From contig OZ365118.1 in assembly GCA_977030845.1 (NCBI GenBank), forward strand, positions 3,038,001-3,102,000: 64,000 nt of DNA. Direction: 5' to 3'. Under the pieces are notes generated by a model that was not told the DNA's origin, made no database searches, and saw only the letters and a program-made list of their open reading frames with translations. Positions 25,601-38,403 of the stretch are shown here, piece by piece; positions within the stretch are counted from its first letter, which is position 1; each line of letters opens with the position of its first letter. This stretch comes from Fimbriosthenelais zetlandica. Its lineage: Eukaryota. The position numbers and the translations under genes are program-made.

Positions 25601-28600
25601 CAAGGCTGCCTTGACTTATACAGTTGACTAATAAGTAAGTAGGGTCTTGGTACAATCTCAGTTTGAGATCGGTCGCCCCTGACATATCATCCGCTTATAG
25701 AATGAACACTGGCCTGAATATTATATGGCTTCCTCGTGCTTTCTGAGCCTACTTCAACCTTTTATGTAATAGCTAAAAGATCTTGAATGAAAGTACATTC
25801 AGAAAAAAAACTAAACAAAACACGGGCAAAGAGAAAGCCAAGGTGAGCCTATGGATCCATGTCCTTTGAACAAGAAACACCTTTGGATGCCCAGTGGTTA
25901 ATCATTAGATAATATTTCATATTGATAAAACGGGCAAACTGTATCATACCGGAATCAAAGACAACACCTGACAACTCCTCACTTCATCTAAAACATCAAA
26001 AAGTTGAGGACAGGTGAAAAAGTTGATGGACTCAAGGCCGTCATATGAGCGCACCTGCCGTGCATTGATTCATATAGATGATATATCATCCCGAGAAAAA
26101 AATACATATGATACATATGTGACATTTAACTTGTAATACAGCCCATGTGATCTATGTTATTATTATCATCTAAAATTATTAAATTAATAATAGAAATCGA
26201 TACCTGTTATTGAGACGCACTTCATGTCCTACTTGTTGCAATAACAATACATTTCAAATTAAAAAATGTACAGGACATTTATAGTAAATTGAGGACTTTA
26301 TTGTATCCACTTAAACTTGAAATAAGCCAATATAAAGGAGGATACTCGATACCGTTATCCATCTTCATGATTCTGACTCGGGTTACAATGTATTCTGAGT
26401 TATAAAGAAGACCCCGATTACAGGTTGAACTAGGCCCATTTTCTCCTCTTATTCCCCTCTAATTGCCACAACTGTTTTACCACCAATCCCCCCGCCCAGC
26501 TCATGCCAACTCAGATCAATATTTGACTTGAGAATTGCCTTTAAAACCAACAAGCCGCCTAACGAATCGCCCGCCTCCTGGCTCCGGTGCAGTGAGGGTA
26601 ATGTTTTCGTCTTGGGTCTCATGGCCCCCCCCCCATCCCGTTACGCATCAATATCACATCTGGCGTTTATAATTGGTGTGGATCCACCTTTATCTGGACA
26701 GTTATGGATGTGGGATGGGGAGTGGATGGAAGCAGGCCCTATTAGTAATACATACATGATGTTTTCTACCTCTTTACTCCACTGCTCGGCCCACACGGCA
26801 GGTGGAGTGGGAGGGAGAGGTGGGATTGGTGAGCCATTCTCCCTGCTACATCAACAATATCTATGGTATGTGTTCAAAGAGTCAATAGCTTAGAGGTGGG
26901 ATGATGAAGGGGGTAGCGTGCCTGCTGCCAGCCCCTCTAACAGGCTGCTACTATTACCACCTACACATACCCTGATAAGCTTTATGTGCAACAGTTAAAG
27001 AGAGGCACAGATATAAGCTCTCTTACACTTAACTAGACTTGACCAAGTCTTTGGAGCAAATTCAATGTTATTTATGCTCACTCCTTCCTCCTGGACACAA
27101 TCTAAATAATATCATAAAGAATATTTAAGATTTGATAAGTTGTCAGTGATAGGATTATAAATATTTTGTGGGCTTAGAGCATGTCTAATATGCTACCCAC
27201 AACTATATTGTCTGTGGAGTTTTTTCTTGCTGCTCCATTGGTTCAAGCCCCCTCCCTTCCCCACCCCATCCCTCCTCCCAACCCCTCCCTTCCCCACCCC
27301 ACCAGCCGGCTGCCCTGTCACTAGCTTTTAAAGCAAATGATTGACGACCAACAAACTCATCTAGAATTCAGAAAGGGTCACTCAAATAGGATGTAGTTTT
27401 AGAGAGGCACCCAAAATCAGAGGGCTACCTCCCTAGCGATGCCGACTGCCCCCACCCACCCACCCACCCACTACTGGCTAGATTATAGCATTAGATTGTT
27501 TCTAAATTTATCGTTTGATTTCTACCCATCACTAGCCAGTCTGGGTGAGATGGAACCCAGGGATGGGAGAGGATAACTCGCCCACTCCAGGCCTGATATG
27601 TTTTATTCTCTGATCAGATATAATTGGAAATCGCAGTTCCTTTTGGGAAAAAGCCTCCCTGAAACTTAATCCTTCATCTCGCTAAGTTTTTGCTTTAATT
27701 TGGATAAAAATGATATTGATTGCGGCGAGATCGAGAATGTACTCAAAAGGTTGGTGAAGAGAACAAACAGGAGAAAGCAGGCGGCTGCAGGCGGGCCCCC
27801 AGCGGCATTTTATCTTTGATGTTTTTAACGCTTGTTTGCCGCAAGTGCAATTTTACCAACATCTTGAATGAGCACGGGTGGAAAGAATTGACTTTGCCCG
27901 TGAACAATTATGCATTTTTTAAACATTGACTAACTTAGCCTTGAAATACATGGTCGATGTAAGCATAATACTGAATTATGAAACTAGATCTTTGAAAATC
28001 AATATTGGAGTTTGGTTTGAAAAAGAAATGCACTGGTTGCAAGTTGTGGTCGGCAGTTCAAGGCCAAGATGTGCACTGTATCTGAACCAAAAGACTTGTC
28101 CCATCGATTCCTTTACTCGGAAAGAAAACATTTCATAGAGAAATCTGTCCACTAGCGGAGTTTGGAGGGAATTGGCCATCAGTTTAGAGCTGTTTAGATG
28201 GTCTGGTAACAGCTTGTTTATGAGTTAGGCTGTGTGGTGGTGGCGGTAACATCCATGGTTATTGGTGCTGATTTGATGTAAGCTTTTATTCATTGAAGCA
28301 GTGCCACCTCGCTGATCAATAGTCAATGTACATTACTCATTCTCCACACACCACCTCTACTCACCCTAATAGCCATGGCTTCCTACCATACCATGACAAC
28401 TACAACCCCTACACCCTCAACATTCAACATCTTATCTCTCAATGACACATGTACCTGGTCTTCTGTATGTGTGAATGACTATCATGCATTTCCCATCTCC
28501 CTTCTCTCCCTACTATATAGGGCATCTACTTTCAGCCTTTCAACTCTTGCACATCTTTTGCATGATGATACTTCATTATGAAATCTCCCACCTATTAATA

Positions 28601-28618
28601 TATTTTCATTTTTTACAG

Positions 28619-29343
28619 GGTCGTCACAACAGGTGCCCTCAGCCAACCACAGTACCACCTCGGATCCCTTGGACCATCCACACCACTCAGCTGGAGGTAT
28701 AGAGGAGAGTTTCACGAGTAACCAAGTCGTACCTAACATCCCTGGTCACAGCTTCTCCAGTACCTTCAGCTACTCAAGCCAACCCACCCAGATGAGAACC
28801 TTCGCCCCTCCCAACTACAGTCTCAACTCCAACACATCTCCATCCAACGAGTTCCTGAGAAAGACTGGTGGATCTCTAACCGAGGACAACAACAAGAAAG
28901 CCAACAACACGGGATCCTCACTGAGTAAGAACATCCCTGATATCCAACAACATCAGTTCAAACCCCCACTCCCTCCTCCCTGTCTCACCTCAGTTTTCTC
29001 TGGATCTAAACTGGAGACCCCGCAGAGCCAAGTTGGCGCTAACTACATTAAGAAATACTACAAAGGGAAGAAGCCCCTTGGGTTCCACTCCAATGAGCTA
29101 CATAATACATCTGATATCTTGGAGGAGACGGGACTGTCGGAGGAGGATGGAGGGATGCAGTATTCCTGTGCTGATATGAGTGAGGCTTTGCGCACAACTC
29201 GCTCACCTCAAACGTTACAAGTCATGGACACCATACAGGATGACCTTGAGTCGACCACGACGACTTCCGGTAGCTACGTCGTCGACCCGCAAGACTTGTG
29301 TAATGAGATAGACGATCTCTTCTTCAGGGATATGGTGGTGTGA
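28619..29343 (+). CDS. Pcdh: Terminal coding exon of protocadherin-like gene (Ser/Thr/Pro/Asn-rich tail, WIRS-like MRTFAP, C-terminus ESTTTTSGSYVVDPQDLCNEIDDLFFRDMVV*)
   Basis: Longest ORF in the window (236 aa in the track), extendable in frame to the acceptor at 28618. The C-terminal TTSGSY-x-D-x-x-LCNEIDxLFF motif resembles, from memory, lophotrochozoan protocadherins often annotated PCDH11X/PCDH9-like. Stop TGA at 29341-29343. Confidence 0.85.
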
Positions 29344-30119
29344 TACCAGCCCAACCAGTGGGGATTAGTGTGTGTGGATCTAAATGGAGTATAAAGTATA
29401 AATGGTGAAGAAGAAGCAGCGGCAGCCTCAGCAGCAGCGGATGATGATGCTCAGTTGTAGATACTAGATGTGTCTTTTCTACATGTGCCTCGTGTGAGAG
29501 ATTGGTGAATGAATGATGGAGAATCTCAGGGATAATTCTGTCATGCTTTGACGTTGGTCAAGAAGTGGGCCGACTAACACAGTGTGATATTACAAGCCAT
29601 AATGTAAGATGGCCATCGTGTGCAAGGATTGCTATAACAATGTCGGGACTTCAATGGTGCATTTTTGTGATTCATTCTGGTCATATATATATCATTTTAT
29701 CCTCTTGATGCCTGAGAGAAACATTCTTATATTTTTAACAATTGTTTTACCCGGTTACGCCCAGTGGTTTAATCTACGATGCGAATGAAAAAAACTGCCA
29801 GTTTTTACGTGCAAAATGACTGTAAATTTTATCCATGTATATCTGAGTACAATATCAACGTTCAGTCCATTACACTTGCTATTGTGTTGTACTATATGAT
29901 GGTGAAAATGTCCACAAGCAAGACACCGAAAGATGGAAGTTCTTACCACGCTTCTTATTTGTACATACTCTTATTATTTATTTGTTTTAACATATGACGC
30001 TTATACACATTTTATTTCAAGCCATGTTTTATATATTATATGCAATTATTTTGTACAAAGGTCTTAACATCTTTTATGTCAATGGATTTTAAACAATGTA
30101 AAATCTGTATAGACTGCAG

Positions 30120-30125
30120 AATAAA
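30120..30125 (+). terminator. Probable polyadenylation signal AATAAA of the protocadherin-like gene (3'UTR about 29344-30150)
   Basis: First AATAAA I found after the stop. It follows an AU-rich segment (TATTTAT/TTTTAT motifs, about 29960-30080), and T-rich sequence lies downstream. Confidence 0.5.
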
Positions 30126-30892
30126 TGACTGTAAATAATCAAATGAAAAACAGTTTAATTTGTTATAACAGTTTTAGTTCAGTTAGTGAACTTTGACATG
30201 AAATTGGTAAACTTTTCATTGAGTAGGTCCAACATTACTCAATGTCTTACAAATATCTAATCATATACTTACTACCTTCAGCCTGGCTGACTGGTTTTTA
30301 AACTTATCTATTTTCAGATGCCTGAAGTGATTCATTACCTAATTCAATTTGTGAAAATCTAATTTATTTCTTAATTTTTTCTCTTCCTCCAGCGTGTCAA
30401 CACCTGATCGAGGGAATAAGTAAGACACTTAACTTTTGAGTTCTAGACCTAAGTTGTTTTTTTTAGATGTTAAGATTATTCTCTTTCAGAGGTCTTAGAT
30501 CTGGATAAACTGACTTTAAATTTGAACGTGGACAGGTTGTTAGGTGCAACTGAGTCCAAGATGCCCAGTCTGTGTGCTCCACACTAATTAGCGTGAGAGA
30601 AGTAGGTGTGTTGATCACATTACCTGTCCTACTACTCCTCCAGTCCTTGCCAACTTGTGTTTTCTTGACCTGTTCCCCTTCACCACAAGCACAATGGCTG
30701 ACAAATGGCCAGTCAAGCGCCATAAGGTCGATGAACTGGAGGTGTCCATAGCCCAAAGGGGGCATACGTGAGGGTGGTCTTATGTGATAATGTGGAATCT
30801 GTGAAGTTTTATCTTCAGTTTGGGTTGTAAATCTGCCATCTTTATACGATATTAGTATGAATAGTCTTGTATAAACTTGAACACTTTCTTGT

Positions 30893-30976
30893 CCCCACCC
30901 CCGTCTCTTGCCCCACATCCCCATCTCCTGCCCCCACCTCCCCATCTCTTGCCCATATCCCCATCTCTTGCCCACG
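30893..30976 (+). repeat. C-rich ~20-bp minisatellite, 4 copies
   Basis: Variants of tccccatctcttgccc-aca. Confidence 0.85.
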
Positions 30977-31308
30977 CCACCCCCGTGCAGCCACTGCCTT
31001 CACACACTCTGGGTCTTTCTCCTATAAGGCCTCATTTCCCGCTGTCATGGCGCTGGTGATCAACGAGGGGGTTCAGCGGTAGGGTTCTGACATCGCTTTT
31101 GTCACCCTTTAATTGAATGCCTGTCACTATGTCTAAAGTTAAAGCACCCCTGTCAGGCGGACTTTAATGCTGCCTCGCCCCCGTAGCCACCCTATACCCC
31201 CACCCCGTGCAATGCTATATCAACTCATTCTGCTCTGATCAAAAGTTCTAATCAATTATTTACCCTGTACCTGACCGTGTAGCTTGTACCCTCCCCGGGA
31301 AGTGGTAA

Positions 31309-31463
31309 GATATAGGGGTTCATGTTAGGGGTAAGCCTTTAGGGTTATACTAGTATGTGAGAAGATATCGGGGTTCATGTAAGGGATAAGCCTTTAGGGT
31401 TATACTGGGATGTGGGAATATATTGGAGTTCATGTAAGGGATAAGCCTTTAGGGTTATACTAG
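31309..31463 (+). repeat. 55-bp tandem repeat, about 2.8 copies
   Basis: Units start at 31315, 31370 and 31425: ggggttcatgtaagggataagcctttagggttatactag... Contains TTTAGGG. Confidence 0.92.
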
Positions 31464-34400
31464 CAGTCACAGGTGCTATCAAATAACATCCTGACGTTAG
31501 AAAGTACTATCAACCATCCACAAGGTCAGGAGGCATGAAGTGAAGGGACCACACCTGTTCCCCCAGTTCACTTGCGGTTTCTGCATGGAAGAACCAAGCG
31601 TGAAACATGGCTTGCCAGACATTAAGATCTCCATGGCAACCCAACGCTAACTCAGACATCATAACAAAAGTCTGGGAGGTTTTATTAATGGCCACTTGAG
31701 ATACTTGTCTTCTTGTGCTTTTCTTTTGGTAAAGTCGGGGGTTTAGACTTGGTTCAGAGCTGACTGTTCCACACGTGTCTCTGAGACTAATGTGAACAAA
31801 GACCACACACATGCTCCCTTTCTCCTTATGGCCAGATAAGATTTCCTGGTGTAATTGATTTCCTGAGCAAAGCCATGATATACTGCTGTGATTTGAAAAC
31901 TGAGGCTGATCTATTATAAGTAACCGTGCACCCATCTGTTGTTACAATAAACCTTACATGTTCACCCCCAATGGCCTAGGTCTGATGGCTATTCTCAGCT
32001 CGAGATGCCAATTGTAAGCAAATAAATCGGCCGGGTTGAAATTCCTTGTCGAGACTTTGAACAGTAGCCTTCCTTGTGGGTGGGCGCCTCCAACCTTGAG
32101 GATTTCACGTACTATTTGCCGTATTTGATGACGTATGCCAGTGAAACGATGGAGGCTTGGCCTAGTGGAAGTGACAACAGGCCGCATTGAATACTTTTGC
32201 TGGGAAATCAATAATCAACTAGCAGTTGGACTGACTTGAATACAACCTTGCTTAGAATGAAAGGAAAAATGCCACTGCACACTGGCCTGAGGGGGTCAGC
32301 AGCTGGGGGCGGGAGGGTGAATTGATTCTTATAAGAAAGAGTTTAGCACCCCTCTTCCACCCAGCCTCCGCACCTTTTCACCCCCATCCCCACTCCACCC
32401 ACCCACCATAAAGCAATGCTTGTATATAATGCTTCTTGAGGCATACAAATCTCAGGCATATAGCCTGGCAATAGTTACAAGTGGACTTAGTTGCCAAGGG
32501 ACATCATCTTGTAGCACTATGATCAAAATACTAAAGTGATATAAGAGGAATTTACCATTTTCATTACATAAGTGACCTAGATTAAGAAGTTATGTTTGTT
32601 GTTTAAGTTGACATTTATTTTAAATATCTCGCATATTCTTTTTGTGCTGTTGTTTAATTTAACTCGGGGACATAAACGAGTTGTAATCATTAGGGACGTC
32701 AACACGCCATACCGCCAATCGATTAGTAAACTACCTCTGGTTTTGACAGACAGCCAGCTCCCTAATTATTACCTTGTGTAGACCACCAGCAACAGTGTCT
32801 GATAGCTCATATAGTCCTATATATCTCTCTACTCAGTTCAAAATCCAGCCCAATATCCAGCCCAATAACAGTGCAGATGTTAAAGTGCATTCCCAATTGG
32901 TAATATAAGTAGAGAGTTTGATGATGGGCTCTGTGTGTATACTAGGATCTGGAGAGAGTAGTTGAGAGGAAATCAAGAGCGTCTATCAGAGAGATGCCAC
33001 AATAAGGCTGGAGTTTAGAAGTTGCCTGATCAGGAGGAGCCAGTCAAAGACCCGCCAGTAAACCCGCGGCTTTGTGGGAGCAGTTGGGAGCAGCTCGCCC
33101 ACCTTTTGATGTGTTGATGGGATCCAGGCTCCATCAGTGATTACTATAGGAATATCTGTAGTAGGGGAGAGATGGGTCTCCCACCTCTCCCACCTCATCC
33201 CCCATCACCTCTCAACCCTTCTCTTGAGAGGTATGCACTTCGTTGCAACTCCCACCATCTTCACAAGTATCGTACCATGGACCTCATTCCGTTCTAACTC
33301 CTTACTGTTTTTCTTTGAATTGCTTCCCCTCCTTTTGTTGTCTTGGATCTCCCTTACATGAAGTTCTATATAGAGACCCCAACTCATCATCCAGTCACTT
33401 TGACTGTACCTTAACAAGATCTGCCGTATAAAAAATTCCTTTGGAAATGGCAATAAAATGGGTTTTGAGGTGGTATGCATTGACCCTGATAGTGTCTGTC
33501 CCCCTCTGTGTTTCTGTCCTACTCAGTGCAGCCTCATCAAAGGATTGAGAGATAAACATAAGATGAAACACTCGTCTTATTGATCAAGCCATCCTCACCT
33601 TTCATGTTAGAGCCTGGAAATTAACGGCCATGAGTTAGGCAGGTGGAGTGTAAGATGGGGGATCTTAGCTCCAGCTCTTACCGTCCTTACTTTAGGTGTG
33701 AGTACAAGGACGCGGCTAAGAAAATTGGCAAAGACAACTTTCGTGATAGGCTTCCATCAACTTGTGTGAGGTCAGGGTCGCCGTATTAGACCATACCTCA
33801 GTGGGTGTAGACCCCGGGCCCGCCTGCCTGGTGAAGGGGGTAATCGTGTAGGGAGCTATTGTTGAGGGTAACTTAAGGTGACAGAGGGAGCATGAGCTAT
33901 GGTGACTCACCAACCCTCAGCCTATAGACATCCATGGGTGGGCTAAGATCTGGATATCGGAATCGGCAACCTTTTTTATTTCCTTATTGCAATATTGGTT
34001 GGTCTGCTAAAAATGCAGTCTGCCGCTTGCTTGGTTGTATTGAATGAGAGAACGATTTGTTTTCTACCGTTTCTCGTCTCTTGATATCAATACGACTGGG
34101 GATTCTTCTCAGTACATAAGACACTATTGAATATGTCCGTCTGATTCCCCATGCTACACCGCACATTGATCTCTTTCTTATATCTAATCAATGGCCAACA
34201 ATCGCATGCAATGATTGTATCAATATCTATCCTGCTTCTATATATGGAAGGTAGATCTATTGTGTTGTTTGTGTCTATCGCGGACTATGAATAAGCCGTT
34301 CTCAAGGTAGAACAACACCCTATGTTGTACATGAACATTTAGGTGTTACAAATGGCACTTGTATTGGTATGTGGGGCTTTGTGATGCGGCATAGGAAACA

Positions 34401-37204
34401 AGAGAACCATAGCTTCCAATGTGTTTGATGTTGAAGGGGGAACCTAGGGTCAGTCACCCTAATGGTGGAGGGTGGAGGTGGGGCAGTGGCCCCCACCCCC
34501 TGCCCCATCCCATCCCGACACCCTGCCAAACATGTCACAGCCTTACATGTCGTCCCCAGACCTGCCAGGTTCAGGGGTCGGCTCATCACGCGGAATCCTT
34601 AATTACCAACGCTTTGCTCCTCTCCTGCACTCCTGATGGGAAACGCCGAGTGTTGTTAACGGGACGTCTTTTCATATTGCTTTTTGTACTGGAACGACGC
34701 CATTGGCACGCAACGGTTTGAGGAAAATTTATTGAAAATCAAAACTGGAGAGCTCATTTGTGGAAGGACATAAGAAATGACTGGTGTTGGTGTGTCCTCT
34801 CTCTCTCTCTCTCCCTCCACTTGTGGTGTGCATAGTCGTGGAAGCCTGCAATCCCATAGAAAGCGGATAATCTAATCAATAAATCTCTAAAGATGATTTA
34901 ATGTCCATAATTTATTCTCTCTCCAAAGTGGATTTGTGGTAGCCGACATTGTACAAGCTCGGGATTGCTTTTGCAAATTGGGTTTTGCCATTTTTTCATG
35001 GGGAAAATGGAAATAATCGTTTTAGAAATATCAATGCAGTTACTGAAATAGGGCAATCCATGGTAGGTTTTCCAAGTGGATCGTTGTATGGAAGGGCCCT
35101 ACAATACAACTTACTATCAATATTTGAATGCACCACGACACTCTGGAATAAAACATGTAATGTTATTGCATTGGTAATGGAGCTGTTGGCAATGGGCTTG
35201 GATCAGTTAGAGAATTCAATTATGCAATGTTTGACATAACATGAGTTTGATGTGTTATTAACATATTCTGTATTAATCCAGTCCCTATATTCATCATTCA
35301 TGCACGATCAGCCCCTGCCATCAACTTCCACAATAAAGGCCATCACAACTGTTGGTCAGCTGATGGATTAAGCTCGCGAGCTGCTCTCATGACATGGTCA
35401 GGATGTCCTGCTCAATGGATGGCCTCTCTACTGTGTGACCATGCACACAGAAAATTCTAATGGTCCTATGATTGGTCATCGGGGTGCAGGGGGTGAGATT
35501 CATTGTTTGAATATCAATATATCTCCCCATCTGATTGACGAACCTTCTGCAGGCTTTGTAATATAGCTAATTTGTTGAAACCAAGCACCCTTTCTATAAG
35601 CGCAACTGACTTAAATTCCTTGTTGAAACTAGACCTAATATTAGCTCTAAACGGGAGGAAATCTGACGGTAAATTAATACTGTTGATACGTCAAAGAGCA
35701 GCCCACCTTCAGCGTGATGTTACATACATAATAAAGGCAGATGGTTTCTATGCAGCGCCTCATGAACTGTTGCGCAAATTGCCGCGAGCAACTCTATACA
35801 ACACTGTGAGTCCATCTCCCCCTCACTGTATATGCCTTTATGTTATTCCATCTTAACATGGATCTGCACTTAGCCATTCATCCCCCAGCATCCCCAGCTT
35901 CCCAATATGTGTGCCCATGTTTGCTGTAACCATTTTTTTATTCATTCGCAGGAACACAAATAGGAATGATTGCTTATCATATATGAGGTGATATAGAATT
36001 TGCTCGTGGGGGACAGGAGTTGGGTTTTGTAACCATCACTCAGAAGCTAAAGTTGAATGACTTCCTTTGATATTGAAATGCTTTATTTATGTCTTCTTGA
36101 TGCACCTTCTTAATTGCTCGGTGGACACAGTATCTGAGGTGCTTAATGCCGGCCTGCCTGCATTGTTGAAGGTATATAAAATGTACATGGTTCGTTATAT
36201 TCAGCCTTGTACGGACATGAAATCATAGTCACTCACCATATGTAGGGTAGAGAGTGGGGAGTGATATGTTGTCACATTGTAACCTACTCCCCTTACCTCA
36301 CATACACCCTCCACACGCACACACTATCATCTTACCCACCAACCAGTGACCCCAAGGTTATCCTCTTATCTAAGCTCCCATCACAGTCCCCCCCTAACCC
36401 AACACCCACCCCCACACTCATCAACCAAGGGACAGCCACCCTATCAGGTATCCCCTCTTCCTTTTTCCCTTTCTCTCCCGTGGGATTTCCTCTGTCCCTT
36501 TGCTTTTAGGGTCCTTTGGTTATTAAGCACTTCTGGGCTATCAAATGAAGATACAAGGTCGACCAATTACTCGCCTTTGTAAGCCACACTGGGTATTTGC
36601 CATTTGTATTGAGCAGCTGAGTCGTGACTATGATTAGATACATTTGTTCTTCATCTTTTAGCTGTGCTACCAATCTGCCACACGCAGGGCTCGGGTAGAC
36701 TCGGCTTTAGGGAACTTGATACATTAAAACAATGATCTAAACAAAGACAGTCTTAACTGTAACAACCCCCAACTGACTACCCAACTGAGTGAGAAATCCA
36801 GGAATATTTTAATAATATTAAAAGATATTCTTCCATTCAGGAATTATCCCACTTTTCATCTCTACCCTTCGAAAGGCAATCTGGAATATCACTAAGTAGT
36901 ATAGTGAAAGTAGAATGATAATACGGTCCTGTATATATATGGACTTCTAGTAGTGTAATTTGTAAGGTTAGCCTCACTCCTGGCTTATCAGCTCTCAGGT
37001 TGAGCTATTTTTATGTTAGTACCCTGCCTTCAACCATTCACTATATGTTATACACCAGATGCTACATGCTGCTACTGAGGTGAACTTTACATATACTACT
37101 TACCAATAACAGTGATGCCTTCCTCTGAAAATGTACTGTACTTGGATTTCAAAGGAAGCAATTAAAATCCTATACTCATCAGTTGATTGTGTAAAAATCA
37201 AAGA

Positions 37205-37242
37205 GAACCCTGACAAATCTAAACAAAGATTTGTCAGGGTTC
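37205..37242. repeat. Perfect 16-bp inverted repeat with 6-nt loop
   Basis: gaaccctgacaaatct-aaacaa-agatttgtcagggttc. Confidence 0.95.
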
Positions 37243-38403
37243 ACTTCGCCGATTATGAAGAAAGTGAGTAAAGGTAGTAGATGTTGTTGGGTGCTTTAAG
37301 CGTTGTTTACCCTGGCCTGGGTAATGTTAATTAGTCGACCTCGGGTTAGGGCTGTTATAGGCAGGCTAATGTGTGTGAAGAGAACATTAAGTAGGTTACT
37401 GCCTTACTTATAATGATATGGGCAATGTAGGAGAGAGGTGATGTACATACATGATACTAGGGTGGGGTGGTATGGTGGGATACATATAATGATCAAAACC
37501 AGCAGAAGGGAGCACTCAAAACCCCCCACCCTCACATAATGTTAGCATAGAAGTGGTCAACTCCAAGAGCAGTACAAGGGGTCATTAACAGTAGCAAAGG
37601 TAGTAGTTCTAAGGAGAAAGCAGACCATGGCTACATTGCAGAACAATGCTTTAGCCTATGGTTGCGCTTTGATGCCATATTACCCATGGTGTCTCTGCTG
37701 TCATATTGAACAAAGTGGAGCAGAAGATCCATGCAGTGATTTGGCCAAGGCCATCACTGGCGTTATTGGAGCAGCAAACTGAAATTTGTGTGAGAATTGT
37801 AGATGTTGTGTTATGTTTAAAAGCGACATAAGAAGTGAGGATGAACGCTGAAAGTGGTGCAGTTGATGACGACATTCAAGGAAATAAGAATGAAATATCA
37901 ACAGCACAGATACAGCCTTCACCTAAAATAAGAGATAAGGCACGTAAATACATGGCCATCTCATCTTCAGCCCCAACTGGCAACATAAGCTATACTATCC
38001 CTCAATCAATTAAAACTGAAAATAATATGAGAACTGCCTTATTGGGTGAATAAAAAATCTGAAAAACGTTCACTAGAATACGTCACCAGATTGGTTTCAA
38101 ATCTTCTGAAACTCAGCCTATACTGGGAGATATCGTGTGTGGGACAGGTTTTTGAGTAGATTTGAATCAGAACACTCAATGATAGGTCCCCATGTCGTTT
38201 ATATGTAAGGAGTACATGCTGTATCTCTGGTACATCTTGTAAGCTAGTTACATGATGTTCAGTGTGGGTTGATGGAGTGACGCCCCCTCACCCCATCCTA
38301 TCTATCTCCACCCATTGCTTCCTCCCATACCTCAGACCTATCACCAGGAATATGGACCTCCAGCAGGCTCCACTTGCTGATATTAAGGGCCCTTGACGAG
38401 GCG

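Larger units (their letters stand above)
6990..28618 (+). other. Long intron (21629 bp, phase 1) of protocadherin-like gene
   Basis: GTCAGT donor at 6990. Acceptor ttttcattttttacAG at 28617-28618. G+GG forms a Gly codon and keeps the frame of the terminal ORF. Small hidden exons cannot be excluded. Confidence 0.75.

Noticed and set aside
28630-28635. CAG at 28630-28632 as acceptor, or GTG 28633 as start codon
   Set aside because: An acceptor here would shift the frame after the phase-1 donor. The upstream polypyrimidine-AG at 28618 fits exactly.
30463-30975. 170-aa minus-strand ORF
   Set aside because: Its N-terminus is the translated 20-bp minisatellite and there is no recognisable domain.
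37936-37944. TAAGGCACG resembling the miR-124 5' end
   Set aside because: Only 9 nt match and there is no precursor hairpin.
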